A stretch of DNA of 64,000 bases from Pseudomonadota bacterium (GTDB lineage Bacteria; Bdellovibrionota_B; Oligoflexia; Silvanigrellales; Silvanigrellaceae), in contig JBDLRP010000042.1 of NCBI GenBank assembly GCA_039799905.1, positions 32,001-96,000 on the forward strand, read 5' to 3'. The translations under genes and the position numbers were made by a program. The notes under the pieces are model-generated. The model had not been told where the DNA came from. It searched no databases and worked only from the letters and a program-made list of their open reading frames with translations. Positions 19,203 through 28,864 of the stretch are shown one piece after another (the first letter of the stretch is position 1; every line of letters begins with the position of its first letter).

Positions 19203-21947
19203 ATGCAAAAAGCGATGCACACGGGCGGTAAAAAGCCGACAATACGCCATAAGTTCCTTAACAACGGATGCGAATGTTACCTTGAACAGGTCGACTTCGC
19301 GCCGCTCGTGACGCTGCAGATGTGGGTCAAAACCGGAAGTTTAGATGAACGCGAACATGAGTTTGGCATGGCGCACGTGCTCGAACACATGTTGTTCAAA
19401 GGCACCGAGCGCTTTCCCAAGACCGGCGAAATCGCCCAGCGCGTTGAATCCGCCGGCGGTGAAATCAACGCGTACACAACCTTCGACCACACAGTCTTCT
19501 ACATTAATGCTCCACGTGAATTTGCTTTTCAGGGCGCCGAACTTTTGTTTGACGTCGTCGGTTCCAGCCTGCTCGACAGCGAGGAACTCTCGCGTGAGCT
19601 GGAAGTCGTCATAGAAGAGATCCGCCGCAGCCGCGACAATCCGTCCGCACGCGTCAGCCACAGTCTTTTTTCCAACATCTTCACAGGCCATCCGAAGGCC
19701 AGACCGGTGATTGGCTACGAGGAGGTTGTCCGCAACTTCACACGCGAGACTCTCTCGGCGTTCTACAAACGCTGGTACATTCCGAATAACATGTTCTTTG
19801 TCGGCGCCGGAGATTTTGACCCGGCCGAAATGGACGCTCACCTGGAAACTCTTGCGCTCCGCTTTCCGGCAGGCAGTGTGCCCAACCGAGTTTGGAGCCG
19901 TCAGCACAAAACAGCACGCAAAGAAGCACCCACCTGCCATGTGATTCATGGACCGTATCAGGAAACGCGGCTGCAATTTACAGTTCCCGCACCGTGTCTG
20001 GAAGACGATCAAACACCTGCGTGGGACATGTTCGCGAGCATTCTCGGACACGGTGATTCCTCGCGGCTGGCCCATGCGGTGAAAGACGAATCACAACTCG
20101 TGACAGCCATCGACTCCACATTGTACACGCCGCGTTTTCCCTACGGCTTTGCCGGATTCGGCTTTTATGCCCGCACTGCCACGGCACACGATGCACTGTG
20201 CGCCGCTGTCGGTGAAATTTCCCGGCTCGCAAAAGAGGGACCCACCCAGGCCGAGCTTCAGCGCGTGCTGACTGCAGCCAAGGCCGAGAAGATTTATTCC
20301 AGTGAAAGTATCGAAGGTCATGTGCGAAACATCGGTAATAATCTTCTGACCGCAGCGCGCCTTGAGTTCGACACTCGCTTTCTTGAAAAACTCAGCAGAG
20401 TCAGCATTGAGCAGGTTCAGGCGTGTGCACAGGCGGTCTGCGACAACATTGCACAAGGTCAGGTCATCTGCGTTGCCGCCTGCAATCAGGAACATGCAGA
20501 GCTTTTCAACGAGTCCTCGCTCGCCGCAACCCTCACAAGCGTCTCCGAACAATTGCGCGCACAGAGCTCAACCAACGACAAGGCTCTGTCCGCGCAAGAG
20601 CGAATGGGTGCCGTGTCCCGCACCTCAGAACGCAATCCGGCGATACGGCAAATTTCAGCGCAGCTTGGCGATGGTGTCCGGCTCAATTTCAACACCAGAA
20701 ATTCAACCCGCCTTCCCGTCGCCAGTCATGTGCTTGTCTGGCGCTGGGGTCAGCATGAAGAACCCGAAGACAAAATCGGCCTCAATGCGTTTCTTGCTCA
20801 AATGCTGACCCGTGGTACCACACGGCAAAGCTATCGCAGTTTTGTAACGGAGCTTGAGGACATGGGCGCATCACTCAGCGCGTTCTCAACCCGCGATCTG
20901 TTTGGACTGCGGCTCGACGCACTCAGCGAAGTGCAACCCCGTGCACTCAAGATGCTCACCGACTGCTTATTCCGACCAGCTTTTGCCGAGGACCAGTTTG
21001 AACGCGTGCTGCGCGAAACCGAAGAGGTCCTGACCGCACAAAAAGACAGTCCGGGTTCACGCATGAGCCGTCTGAGCGGTCCGCTTCTTTACGGAACACA
21101 TGCTTACGCCCGCCCGGCGCTGGGCACGCTTGAAACGTTGAACAACATCAGTCTCGATGATCTGCACACACAATGGAACAGATTGTTGCTCACACAGTCA
21201 TTCGTCTTTTCGGGAGCGGGTGATTTCAACTCCGACCAAACATTCGAGACAGTGGCCACAGAATTGGCCGCGGCAGCATCCCAGCGCGGTGAACGCGGCA
21301 ATCATGTTTCTCCGTTGCGTACACCCGAATCGGCGCCACAAATGCCACGCACAGCGCGTGTCGGCTTTGACGTTCTTGAACGCGAACAGGCGCACGTCAG
21401 TCTTGCATTGCGTTCTTATCAACTGTCGGATTCTCGGCGCACGGCATTGGAAGTTGCCTGCGGCGTGCTCGGCGGACAAGGTGGACGTTTGTTCATGGAC
21501 CTCCGCGATGCACAGTCACTGGCCTACAGTCTGGGCTGCTCGCAATCTCCATCGCTGTGGGGCGGCAGTTTCAATTGCTACATCGGAACTGCGGCCGGAA
21601 AGGTGAAGCAGGCAATTGCGGGCATCAAGCATCACCTCGAGAAAATAGCTGCAGAAGCTCCCGATGCGGATGAGCTCAGCCGCGCGAAAAACACTCTTCT
21701 CGGCGGGCAGAGCCTGGACAGCCAGCACCATCATTATCAATCGTCACAACTTGCAATGAGTGATGTGTATGGATTGGGCTTCGACAATTTTCTGGGCTTT
21801 AAAGAGCGCATCGAGAAGGTGAGCGCTGAACAAGTTTCTGCAGCAGTGCGCGACCTGCTGACCAATGAAGCTCCCTGTTTGACCATCATCGGCCCGAAAG
21901 AAACGTGGGTGCCGGAAAGCAGCGACCCACTTCTGAAGTTGAACTGA
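19203..21947 (+). CDS. M16 (pitrilysin/PqqL-like) zinc peptidase, four-domain single chain
   Basis: GSLDE...GMAHVLEHMLFKGT (HXXEH), NAYTTFDHT, an inactive second half (MLTRGT) and RLF..LR....LAY. Confidence 0.92.
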   Translation: MQKAMHTGGKKPTIRHKFLNNGCECYLEQVDFAPLVTLQMWVKTGSLDEREHEFGMAHVLEHMLFKGTERFPKTGEIAQRVESAGGEINAYTTFDHTVFYINAPREFAFQGAELLFDVVGSSLLDSEELSRELEVVIEEIRRSRDNPSARVSHSLFSNIFTGHPKARPVIGYEEVVRNFTRETLSAFYKRWYIPNNMFFVGAGDFDPAEMDAHLETLALRFPAGSVPNRVWSRQHKTARKEAPTCHVIHGPYQETRLQFTVPAPCLEDDQTPAWDMFASILGHGDSSRLAHAVKDESQLVTAIDSTLYTPRFPYGFAGFGFYARTATAHDALCAAVGEISRLAKEGPTQAELQRVLTAAKAEKIYSSESIEGHVRNIGNNLLTAARLEFDTRFLEKLSRVSIEQVQACAQAVCDNIAQGQVICVAACNQEHAELFNESSLAATLTSVSEQLRAQSSTNDKALSAQERMGAVSRTSERNPAIRQISAQLGDGVRLNFNTRNSTRLPVASHVLVWRWGQHEEPEDKIGLNAFLAQMLTRGTTRQSYRSFVTELEDMGASLSAFSTRDLFGLRLDALSEVQPRALKMLTDCLFRPAFAEDQFERVLRETEEVLTAQKDSPGSRMSRLSGPLLYGTHAYARPALGTLETLNNISLDDLHTQWNRLLLTQSFVFSGAGDFNSDQTFETVATELAAAASQRGERGNHVSPLRTPESAPQMPRTARVGFDVLEREQAHVSLALRSYQLSDSRRTALEVACGVLGGQGGRLFMDLRDAQSLAYSLGCSQSPSLWGGSFNCYIGTAAGKVKQAIAGIKHHLEKIAAEAPDADELSRAKNTLLGGQSLDSQHHHYQSSQLAMSDVYGLGFDNFLGFKERIEKVSAEQVSAAVRDLLTNEAPCLTIIGPKETWVPESSDPLLKLN

Positions 21948-21972
21948 GGCCGGCTTTACATGCCGGCGTTCA

Positions 21973-22746
21973 TTACTGCGGTCCAACGCGTGTCATGTGG
22001 GTGTTATTCATGACGTTGTGGCGCAGCTCGGGCGTAGTGCCGCCGGCGGGGTCGAACGAGTTCAGGTCGTTGATGTAGATTCCGGTTGTGAGACGGTCGT
22101 CCTGCACGGATGCAATTTCATAGTTGTGATGCGGCAGGTTCTTCAAAGTGCAGCCGTTTCGCTGAATGACAACTGTTGTTTTCTCCTTGCGAACTTCGAG
22201 CGCCTGACACTCTGCTTTCAATGCGGCAATGTCTGCGTCATCTTGCCCCGACAAGTCCGAGCTCATGGAAAACGTCCATGCCTCAATGGTGAAGTCGATG
22301 TTACGGAAGCCTTTTACCGAGGCGGGCTTCAGCGTGAAATTTCCATTTACATAGACCAATTCCTGCGTATTCAGGGCGGCGTCACCCAACACAAAGGTTC
22401 CGCTCGTGGTGAATGTATCTTTCTTTACGCTGCAGTTGTTTTCGTAGGTCACAAATTCACGGATGAAAGTTCCATCATTCAAAATCAATTTCTCTTCGCT
22501 TTGGGCACCGTCTGGAACACATGAACGCTGCCATGTTCCATCAATCGCGTCGGCGGCGGCTTCAGTGTATTCATTTGCAACCGGAACACCGCGTTCATTG
22601 GCATTGTGACTCGCACCTAGCTCCGTCGATGGCTGTTGTTTGGATTCTAAGACTCCGCAGCCTTGAAGAAATGCGAATGCACAGAGTGACAGTGGAAGAA
22701 CCGACTGAGTGAAGCCTTTGAGAAGGCGAAGTTTGGCAGCAGACAT
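21973..22746 (-). CDS. Hypothetical lipoprotein
   Basis: Lipobox LQGC, an IDGTWQRSC beta-rich body with several Cys, and an AAAGGAG SD. Confidence 0.75.
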   Translation of the reverse strand: MSAAKLRLLKGFTQSVLPLSLCAFAFLQGCGVLESKQQPSTELGASHNANERGVPVANEYTEAAADAIDGTWQRSCVPDGAQSEEKLILNDGTFIREFVTYENNCSVKKDTFTTSGTFVLGDAALNTQELVYVNGNFTLKPASVKGFRNIDFTIEAWTFSMSSDLSGQDDADIAALKAECQALEVRKEKTTVVIQRNGCTLKNLPHHNYEIASVQDDRLTTGIYINDLNSFDPAGGTTPELRHNVMNNTHMTRVGPQ

Positions 22747-22811
22747 GAAAGACTCCTTTGAACGATTTCTGCGAGTCGGGCCACACCGGCGCGCTCACTG
22801 CAGCCTCTTGA

Positions 22812-22826
22812 GCAAAAACAAAGCCA
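22812..22826 (-). promoter_or_regulatory. Putative sigma54 (-24/-12) promoter of the 21973..22746 lipoprotein gene
   Basis: Minus strand TGGC-TTTGTTT-TTGC has the exact TGGC-N7-TTGC spacing, about 65 nt upstream of the ATG. A near-IHF site AATCAAACAATAG is at 22857-22869. Confidence 0.55.
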
Positions 22827-23093
22827 AACAGTCTGACGTAGTAGTTACAGAGAGTTAATCAAACAATAGCCGACAGAACTACGTCATTGAGATACATTTT
22901 TTGCAGTTTATCGACGGCATTTTTTGTCTATCATCTAAAAACATACGTCTCGCGCGCAAATGCGCCGGTCACGCGGCTGAGATTCACCCAAAAGTGGCTG
23001 AACGATTCAGCCAAAGGCCTGCTGCCATGCCAGAATTCATGTCGATTCTCGAACAGAGAGTGAAGTTCTGAGTGCATTGACAACACTCAGCTC

Positions 23094-23112
23094 CTGACAA
23101 ACAGCCATTCAG
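23094..23112 (+). repeat. 19-bp direct repeat, copy 1 (CTGACAAACAGCCATTCAG)
   Basis: Identical to 26056..26074. The two copies bracket ppc. Confidence 0.9.
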
Positions 23113-23279
23113 ATGTCTGCCAGCTGGACCAGACAGAACGTCGAATGATGAGCCAAAAACAATGAAAACTCTGATTCTTACGACTCTGCGAGCGAGTTCT
23201 GTCGCGCGCAGATTGGCCCTGCTTTGCGCAGTTGATTAGAAATCTCCTCACAGATGCGAATCCACGGAGGCACCAGCTC

Positions 23280-26051
23280 ATGTCGGGAATACAGTCGGAA
23301 AAGTTCAACCGCGACCTCGCCTACGTCATGCAGGCACTGAAAGACGTTTTGCGCGAGTTGGGTCATCTGGAGCTGCTACCGTTCATTCCCTTCGTTGAGC
23401 GAAGTGAGGAAGAGATCGCAACGGCACACAACACCGTTCCTGCGCACGCGACACAGCTTGTTCAGCTTCTGTCGTTGTCCTTTCAACTTTTGAACATGGT
23501 CGAAGAAAACGTCAACGTTCAACGGCGGCGTTCTGCCCAGAGCGAGTCAAGCCTCGAAAGCGAATCCGGACTCTGGCCACAAACTTTGCGTGATCTTCGC
23601 ACTCAGGGTTTCTCAGAAGAGTCTGTCCGTCAGGCAATCAAAAAACTGCACGTTGAACCCGTGCTAACGGCACACCCCACGGAAGCGAAACGCTCGACCA
23701 TCCTCCAGCACCACCGCGATTTTTATCTTCTGCTCGTCAGACGAGAGAATCAGATGTGGACTTCAATTGAGCAAACCTGGCATTACGATGAAATGAAGGA
23801 GTTGCTTGAAAGACTCTGGCGGACTGGGTCGATTTTTCTGGAACGTCCAGATGTCGGATCAGAAATCCGCAACGTGATGCACTACCTGAAAAACGTATTT
23901 CCGCAGCTTCTGCCGTGGCTCGACAAACGCTTCAAGGCTGCATGGCAGGAAGTGGGTTTTACGAAGCAGCCGAATTTTCTTGCCGGCGAATATCCGAAGT
24001 TCCGACTGGGCAGCTGGGTGGGCGGCGACCGCGATGGACACCCTCTGGTGACAGCATACATAACACGAAGCGCACTTGAAGAACTCAGGCTCAATGCTCT
24101 TATTGTTCTCAGACACAAGCTTATCGAGCTGGCAAAAAAACTCAGCATCTCGGATCTTGCGCAAGGCATGCCGCAGCAACTTGCCGAGCGACTCTCCGAA
24201 TGCCAAAAAGACTATCCCGAATTGCATGCACGCGCCGTCTCGCGCAATCCACATGAGTCGCTGCGCAATCTTGTGCACATCATGATCGACCGGCTGCCCA
24301 TCGAGGTGGTGCGTGACCATGCCACACACCTGACCGAAAGGCCGCACAGTTACCGTCACCCGGATGAGGTTCTCAATGACCTCCGAATCCTTGCAGCTGC
24401 ACTCAATGAGATCGGTGCGCAGCGACTGATGAATGCCGATCTGCATGAAGTCGTCCGCCTGCTGGAAACCTACGGTTTTCACAGCGCGCGTCTCGATATC
24501 CGGCAGAACAGCCGCTTTCACGAGGCTGCGATGCAGCAGCTGCTGGTTCTTGCAGGTGTTCCGAATGCTGAAAATTATCAAAATTGGACCAACAATGAGA
24601 AGAGCGAATTCCTCATGCAGGAGTTGCGCAACACGCGGCCATTCACAACGCGCACTCAGACATTTGAGAAGCAAACGCACGACGTGATGGAATGCCTGAA
24701 AGTGATCCTCGAACATAGGCAACGTTACGGAGGCTCTGGCTTGGGTGCATATATCGTGAGCATGACCCATTCCGCGCTCGACCTGTTGACGATCTATCTT
24801 CTGGCCCGTGAGGTCGGACTCACTGAAGTTCGCAATCAACAGCTGATTTGCCCGATTGCGGTTGTTCCGCTTTTCGAAACTATTGAAGATCTTCAATCCA
24901 GTGTCGAAATTCTAGATACCTTTCTCGCTCATCCTGTCACCCGTGCAAGCCTCGAGTTTCAAAAACAGGAGGAGGGTTTGCAACGCCCGCGGCAGCAAAT
25001 CATGCTCGGTTACAGCGACAGCTGCAAAGACGGAGGAATTCTCGCAAGCCAGTGGCAGCTGTATCTGGCACAGGCCGAGCTCACACGGATTGGAGAAAAA
25101 CATGGAGTGGATCTGTTCTTTTTTCATGGTCGTGGTGGAACAGTCAGCCGCGGTGCGGGGCCGATTCACCGCTTCATGCAATCACTACCACCCAAAGCGT
25201 TGCACTCAGCATTCCGCATGACTGAACAGGGCGAAACAATCGCGCGTAAATACGCGAATCAGGCGACCGCCGTCTACAACCTTGAAGTGCTGCTCGCAAG
25301 CGCCAGCGCTGAGAGCCTGCAAAGTCAACAAAAAAAGCCTCAGGAACGCTGGGCCGACGAGGTCATGAACAAACTCTCGACCGTCAGTCTTACAGCTTAT
25401 CGCTCACTCATCACACGTGATGATTTCATGACCTTTTTTCGTCAGGCCACTCCCATCGACGTGCTTGAACATTTGCGAATCGGAAGTCGTCCGTCCAAGC
25501 GGACAGGTCAGGCAACTCTAGAAGATTTACGCGCAATTCCCTGGGTCTTCAGCTGGAACCAATCAAGATTTTATTTACCGAGCTGGTATGGAGTCGGAAC
25601 TGCGCTTTGCGAACTTGAGACCAGTGATCCAAATCATTTTTCAATGTTGTGTAAACACCTCACAGAACTACCGTTACTCAATTACGTGCTCCACAACGTC
25701 GAGACAACCGTGGCCTCGGCCAGCGAAGACATAATGCTCGCTTATGCAGAGCTTATTGAACAGGCGGACATCAGGAATGCGTATATGGAAGTAATTCTCG
25801 CCGAATTCCGGCGCACACGACAGATGCTTGTCAGAGTCTTCGGATCATCTATCGAGCAACGCCGTCCGACAGTAGTCAAGACGATTTCACTGCGGGAACC
25901 AAGCCTGCGACTGCTGCACGGACTGCAAATCTTCCAACTGAAAGAATGGCGCAAGAGTGACCCAAAAAATGTTGAAAAACGCGAGCAATTGTTGGCAAAG
26001 ATCTTCGCAACCATCAATGCAATCGCGGGCGGCCTGCGCAACACGGGATGA
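23280..26051 (+). CDS. ppc: Phosphoenolpyruvate carboxylase
   Basis: VLTAHPTE, GSWVGGDRDG, LDIRQ, VPLFET, QIMLGYSDSCKDGG, FHGRGGTVSRG, LRAIPWVFSWNQSR and terminal GLRNTG. ATG 23280 follows GGAGG. Confidence 0.97.
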   Translation: MSGIQSEKFNRDLAYVMQALKDVLRELGHLELLPFIPFVERSEEEIATAHNTVPAHATQLVQLLSLSFQLLNMVEENVNVQRRRSAQSESSLESESGLWPQTLRDLRTQGFSEESVRQAIKKLHVEPVLTAHPTEAKRSTILQHHRDFYLLLVRRENQMWTSIEQTWHYDEMKELLERLWRTGSIFLERPDVGSEIRNVMHYLKNVFPQLLPWLDKRFKAAWQEVGFTKQPNFLAGEYPKFRLGSWVGGDRDGHPLVTAYITRSALEELRLNALIVLRHKLIELAKKLSISDLAQGMPQQLAERLSECQKDYPELHARAVSRNPHESLRNLVHIMIDRLPIEVVRDHATHLTERPHSYRHPDEVLNDLRILAAALNEIGAQRLMNADLHEVVRLLETYGFHSARLDIRQNSRFHEAAMQQLLVLAGVPNAENYQNWTNNEKSEFLMQELRNTRPFTTRTQTFEKQTHDVMECLKVILEHRQRYGGSGLGAYIVSMTHSALDLLTIYLLAREVGLTEVRNQQLICPIAVVPLFETIEDLQSSVEILDTFLAHPVTRASLEFQKQEEGLQRPRQQIMLGYSDSCKDGGILASQWQLYLAQAELTRIGEKHGVDLFFFHGRGGTVSRGAGPIHRFMQSLPPKALHSAFRMTEQGETIARKYANQATAVYNLEVLLASASAESLQSQQKKPQERWADEVMNKLSTVSLTAYRSLITRDDFMTFFRQATPIDVLEHLRIGSRPSKRTGQATLEDLRAIPWVFSWNQSRFYLPSWYGVGTALCELETSDPNHFSMLCKHLTELPLLNYVLHNVETTVASASEDIMLAYAELIEQADIRNAYMEVILAEFRRTRQMLVRVFGSSIEQRRPTVVKTISLREPSLRLLHGLQIFQLKEWRKSDPKNVEKREQLLAKIFATINAIAGGLRNTG

Positions 26052-26055
26052 TGGT

Positions 26056-26074
26056 CTGACAAACAGCCATTCAG
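26056..26074 (+). repeat. 19-bp direct repeat, copy 2
   Basis: CTGACAAACAGCCATTCAG, 4 nt after the ppc stop codon. Confidence 0.9.
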
Positions 26075-26086
26075 CAGATGCAACAC

Positions 26087-26929
26087 TCACTCAATATAGA
26101 CACCAAACTCATAGGCACTTTCATTTCCTGCCTTGTCGCGAACCTTAAGCGAACCGGGTGCAAGGGTTGTCCGTAATTTGAAAGATTTTTTATTTGACTG
26201 CTGCCACGTTGCGCCGGAATCAAACGAGTAGGCGAGCTCATGCAAACCTACTCCACTGTCGCTTGCATTGATGATGACAACCTCCGTCTGCAAACTTTCA
26301 TCTACCTTTGAAATTCCCTGTATCAATGGAGGTGTTACATCAGTCTGCGCAACAGGGTCACTCTTGAGAATATTGTCGGCGAATGGCGATACCTGCTGAT
26401 CGACGACCGAAATTCCCAACAAATTTCCAACTGCCGGAACTGCCAAGCGCACAACAAATCGGGCTTGAAGTATTTCGTTAGCCTTCACCACCGCCGGCTC
26501 CAGCATCCGCTGTTCATCGACCGTCAAAATGCGCTCTGCGACAAGTTCACCGCTCTGCCGCACGACAGAAAGACTCGAGACTTTGAAAACATCAACAACC
26601 GGCAGCTGATAAAAACTCCACACACCCAAGACAGTTGCAAAGACACTTCCCGATTCGGTGATCCTCAATTGCGCACCGTCGAGCGGAATGTTGGCAGGAT
26701 TGTCGAGGCTTGCAACAAGATAGCTGCCGAGGACGGGGACGGGCTGGAGAGGAATTCCAGTCGGCTCAGCGGGCTTGCCGCCTACATCGGAAGTGCTAGT
26801 CGAACCGCTGTTTGGAGTTGTTTTCTTTTGCTCTGGCGCGCCTGTCGGCAAATTCACAAACTTATCGTCCCCGGAAGAACCGCAACCAGTCAGAATCACA
26901 GCTGATAACAACAGGGAATGAAGCAGCAT
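26087..26929 (-). CDS. Hypothetical lipoprotein with a C-terminal Ig-like domain
   Basis: Lipobox LTGC, then DVTPP...ASDSGVG...YSFDSG..W...VRDKAGNES, a typical Ig-like repeat. GGAGG SD upstream. Confidence 0.75.
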   Translation of the reverse strand: MLLHSLLLSAVILTGCGSSGDDKFVNLPTGAPEQKKTTPNSGSTSTSDVGGKPAEPTGIPLQPVPVLGSYLVASLDNPANIPLDGAQLRITESGSVFATVLGVWSFYQLPVVDVFKVSSLSVVRQSGELVAERILTVDEQRMLEPAVVKANEILQARFVVRLAVPAVGNLLGISVVDQQVSPFADNILKSDPVAQTDVTPPLIQGISKVDESLQTEVVIINASDSGVGLHELAYSFDSGATWQQSNKKSFKLRTTLAPGSLKVRDKAGNESAYEFGVYIE

Positions 26930-26957
26930 AGAACCTCCGACACATTCGCCTGTTTAT

Positions 26958-26984
26958 TCTTCGGAGGAAAAAAGACATTTCTTA
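26958..26984 (-). promoter_or_regulatory. Sigma28/FliA-like promoter motif
   Basis: TAAG-N15-TCCGAAGA, about 30 nt upstream of the lipoprotein ATG. Confidence 0.45.
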
Positions 26985-27129
26985 AACGTAATCAGAGCAA
27001 GTCATAAAAAATTAATAGTTTCAATGAATTAAATTTTTAATAAATTGTTTTCAGAGTTTCAATCAGAACCCCGAGACTCTCACAAGAGCGGGTAAAACTG
27101 CGGGTGCACCTCAAAACACGGGAAAACAC

Positions 27130-28719
27130 TCAGTTCTTCCGAGTACCTTCAGTAATGGCAAGACCAGACATTGCCGGCAGGGTGGTCTCAACGAAGCCGC
27201 CCCTAACCTCGACCAACTGGCCTTTACAGCCAAACATGCTTGGCGAAGTACGCCGGCGAGCGGAGACCATGTCACAATATGTGCCATCAGCCATTGAAGT
27301 CGGCACACGAATCGACACCGGTTTGGGTTCAATGTTCAGAGCGAACCAGCCCTTCGTTTCGCGAGAGAATGCAATTTGTCCGCCCTGCTGTGAGTTCCAC
27401 CAGTCAGAAACTCCGGCTGCTCCCACTTCATTTCTGAACTTCACGAGAGCCAAGACATCTGATTCACGGTGCTCGCACAACCAACCACTTTTACCGCAGC
27501 GCGTTGTTCCGTCTTCAGCCCACACTGGCAACGTGTCGCCGCTCGAAGTGACAGGCGGGCCTTCATAGTCATACTGAAACTGATAGCCGCTCATGAGAGC
27601 AACCGTTCCGTAGTTGAACGCGAGAAGGAACATATTCGCAAGCGTATGCAGCGAACCGTCGCGGTAGGTCAGCACCCATCCGCCGCCACCATGGCCACGC
27701 TGGTTGTCGTGGTTGTCTGTGAACACAATAGCTTTCTCGGGCGGCAGAAAACCCCAGCCCTCGCCCATTGAAGAAAGCGGCGAGAGGTTGCCACGCCGAA
27801 AGAGATTTCCGAGAGTCAGGCCGACGCGGAATTCCGTAACCGAACCGTTGTCAATGTATTCACGTGACGAAATTGGCTCGCCACCCTGGTCGATCACTTC
27901 CTGAAAAATGAACGAGGACTTGCTTAACTTCGAGACAATCGCGCCAATGTCGGAAGCGGCCATGTGCTTGGCAGCGTCAATTCGAAAACCACGCACACCA
28001 ATGCGAATTTGCTCGTTGAGAAAATCAGCTATCGTGCGGCGCACAGGCTCGGCGCCCGTGTTGAGGTCAGCCAGTCCGAGAAGCTCGCAGTTCTGAACTT
28101 CCCAACGGTCTTGGTAGTTGCGGATGACGTTGTCGGAGTGACGGCCACAATGATGGAAGTCAGCAAATGAGAAGAGACCGGGGTAGCTGTAACGCTGGTA
28201 TTGAGAACCTGCGGAACCAGCTTCAGATTGGTTGTAGGGAAGAGTCTGCGCCATGTGGTTGATGACAGCATCTGAAATGACAATAACACCAGCTGCGTTG
28301 CAGCGACGCACCATATTCTCGAATTCAGCGCGCGTGCCGCTGCGGCTTTCGAGTTTGTAGCTGACCGGCTGATACCTCTGAAACCAAGGGCCGTTCGGCA
28401 TCAGTCGGTGCTCTTGCGGCGGAGATATCTGCACAGCATCAATACCTGCCGGACCGAGCACGGATTCGCACTCGCGAGCCACGTCTTTCCACGTCCACTC
28501 AAACAGGTGAACGTAGGAGGAAACTTCAGGAATGGAGCGGATTCTTGTGAAGGAGGAGCGTTCGGTGGAGCGTTCGGTGGAGCGTTCGGTGGAGCGTTCG
28601 GTAGCGCGGGTTTGCGAGAGGCTGGAATCTGAATTTGATGCGGGACCACAACTTAGAAGCCACCAAGAACAGGCAGCAGCAAAGGCAATCGCTCGAATTG
28701 ACCAACATCTGCTCGTCAA
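27130..28719 (-). CDS. Lipoprotein alpha-amylase (GH13, animal/actinomycete-like type)
   Basis: Lipobox LLSC, HLFEW, VQISPP, RYQPVSY, DAVINH, GFRIDAAKH, QEVID, DNHDNQRGHGGG, CEHR and the C-terminal IAFSR...G.YCD domain. Confidence 0.95.
   Translation of the reverse strand: MTSRCWSIRAIAFAAACSWWLLSCGPASNSDSSLSQTRATERSTERSTERSTERSSFTRIRSIPEVSSYVHLFEWTWKDVARECESVLGPAGIDAVQISPPQEHRLMPNGPWFQRYQPVSYKLESRSGTRAEFENMVRRCNAAGVIVISDAVINHMAQTLPYNQSEAGSAGSQYQRYSYPGLFSFADFHHCGRHSDNVIRNYQDRWEVQNCELLGLADLNTGAEPVRRTIADFLNEQIRIGVRGFRIDAAKHMAASDIGAIVSKLSKSSFIFQEVIDQGGEPISSREYIDNGSVTEFRVGLTLGNLFRRGNLSPLSSMGEGWGFLPPEKAIVFTDNHDNQRGHGGGGWVLTYRDGSLHTLANMFLLAFNYGTVALMSGYQFQYDYEGPPVTSSGDTLPVWAEDGTTRCGKSGWLCEHRESDVLALVKFRNEVGAAGVSDWWNSQQGGQIAFSRETKGWFALNIEPKPVSIRVPTSMADGTYCDMVSARRRTSPSMFGCKGQLVEVRGGFVETTLPAMSGLAITEGTRKN
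28555..28602. repeat. Perfect 12-bp tandem repeat x4 (GGAGCGTTCGGT) encoding TERS repeats in the amylase linker
   Basis: Read directly from the sequence as four identical units. Confidence 0.95.
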
Positions 28720-28864
28720 AGTCTTCCCCTCGCTAAGTTTACTAACAATTCCCTATTGTTAGCGGTAATTCCACAAGTGTGAAGACGACACTAGATCAGT
28801 TTTGGACTGTCGGCCAGACTTAGATGATCAGAATTCACATAAAATTTATAAATAGCTGAAATGA

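Noticed and set aside
23859..24896. 345-aa minus-strand ORF, and similar ones at 58727..59719 and 32198..33013
   Set aside because: Antisense to well-supported genes (ppc, the U32 and lipoprotein genes, fadD), with no motifs.
26990..27060. Very AT-rich patch as a possible origin or island boundary
   Set aside because: Short, with no DnaA-box cluster seen. It is adequately explained as promoter-upstream sequence.
28555..28602. Repeat considered as a CRISPR array
   Set aside because: 12-bp units with no spacers, inside a CDS, and no cas genes.
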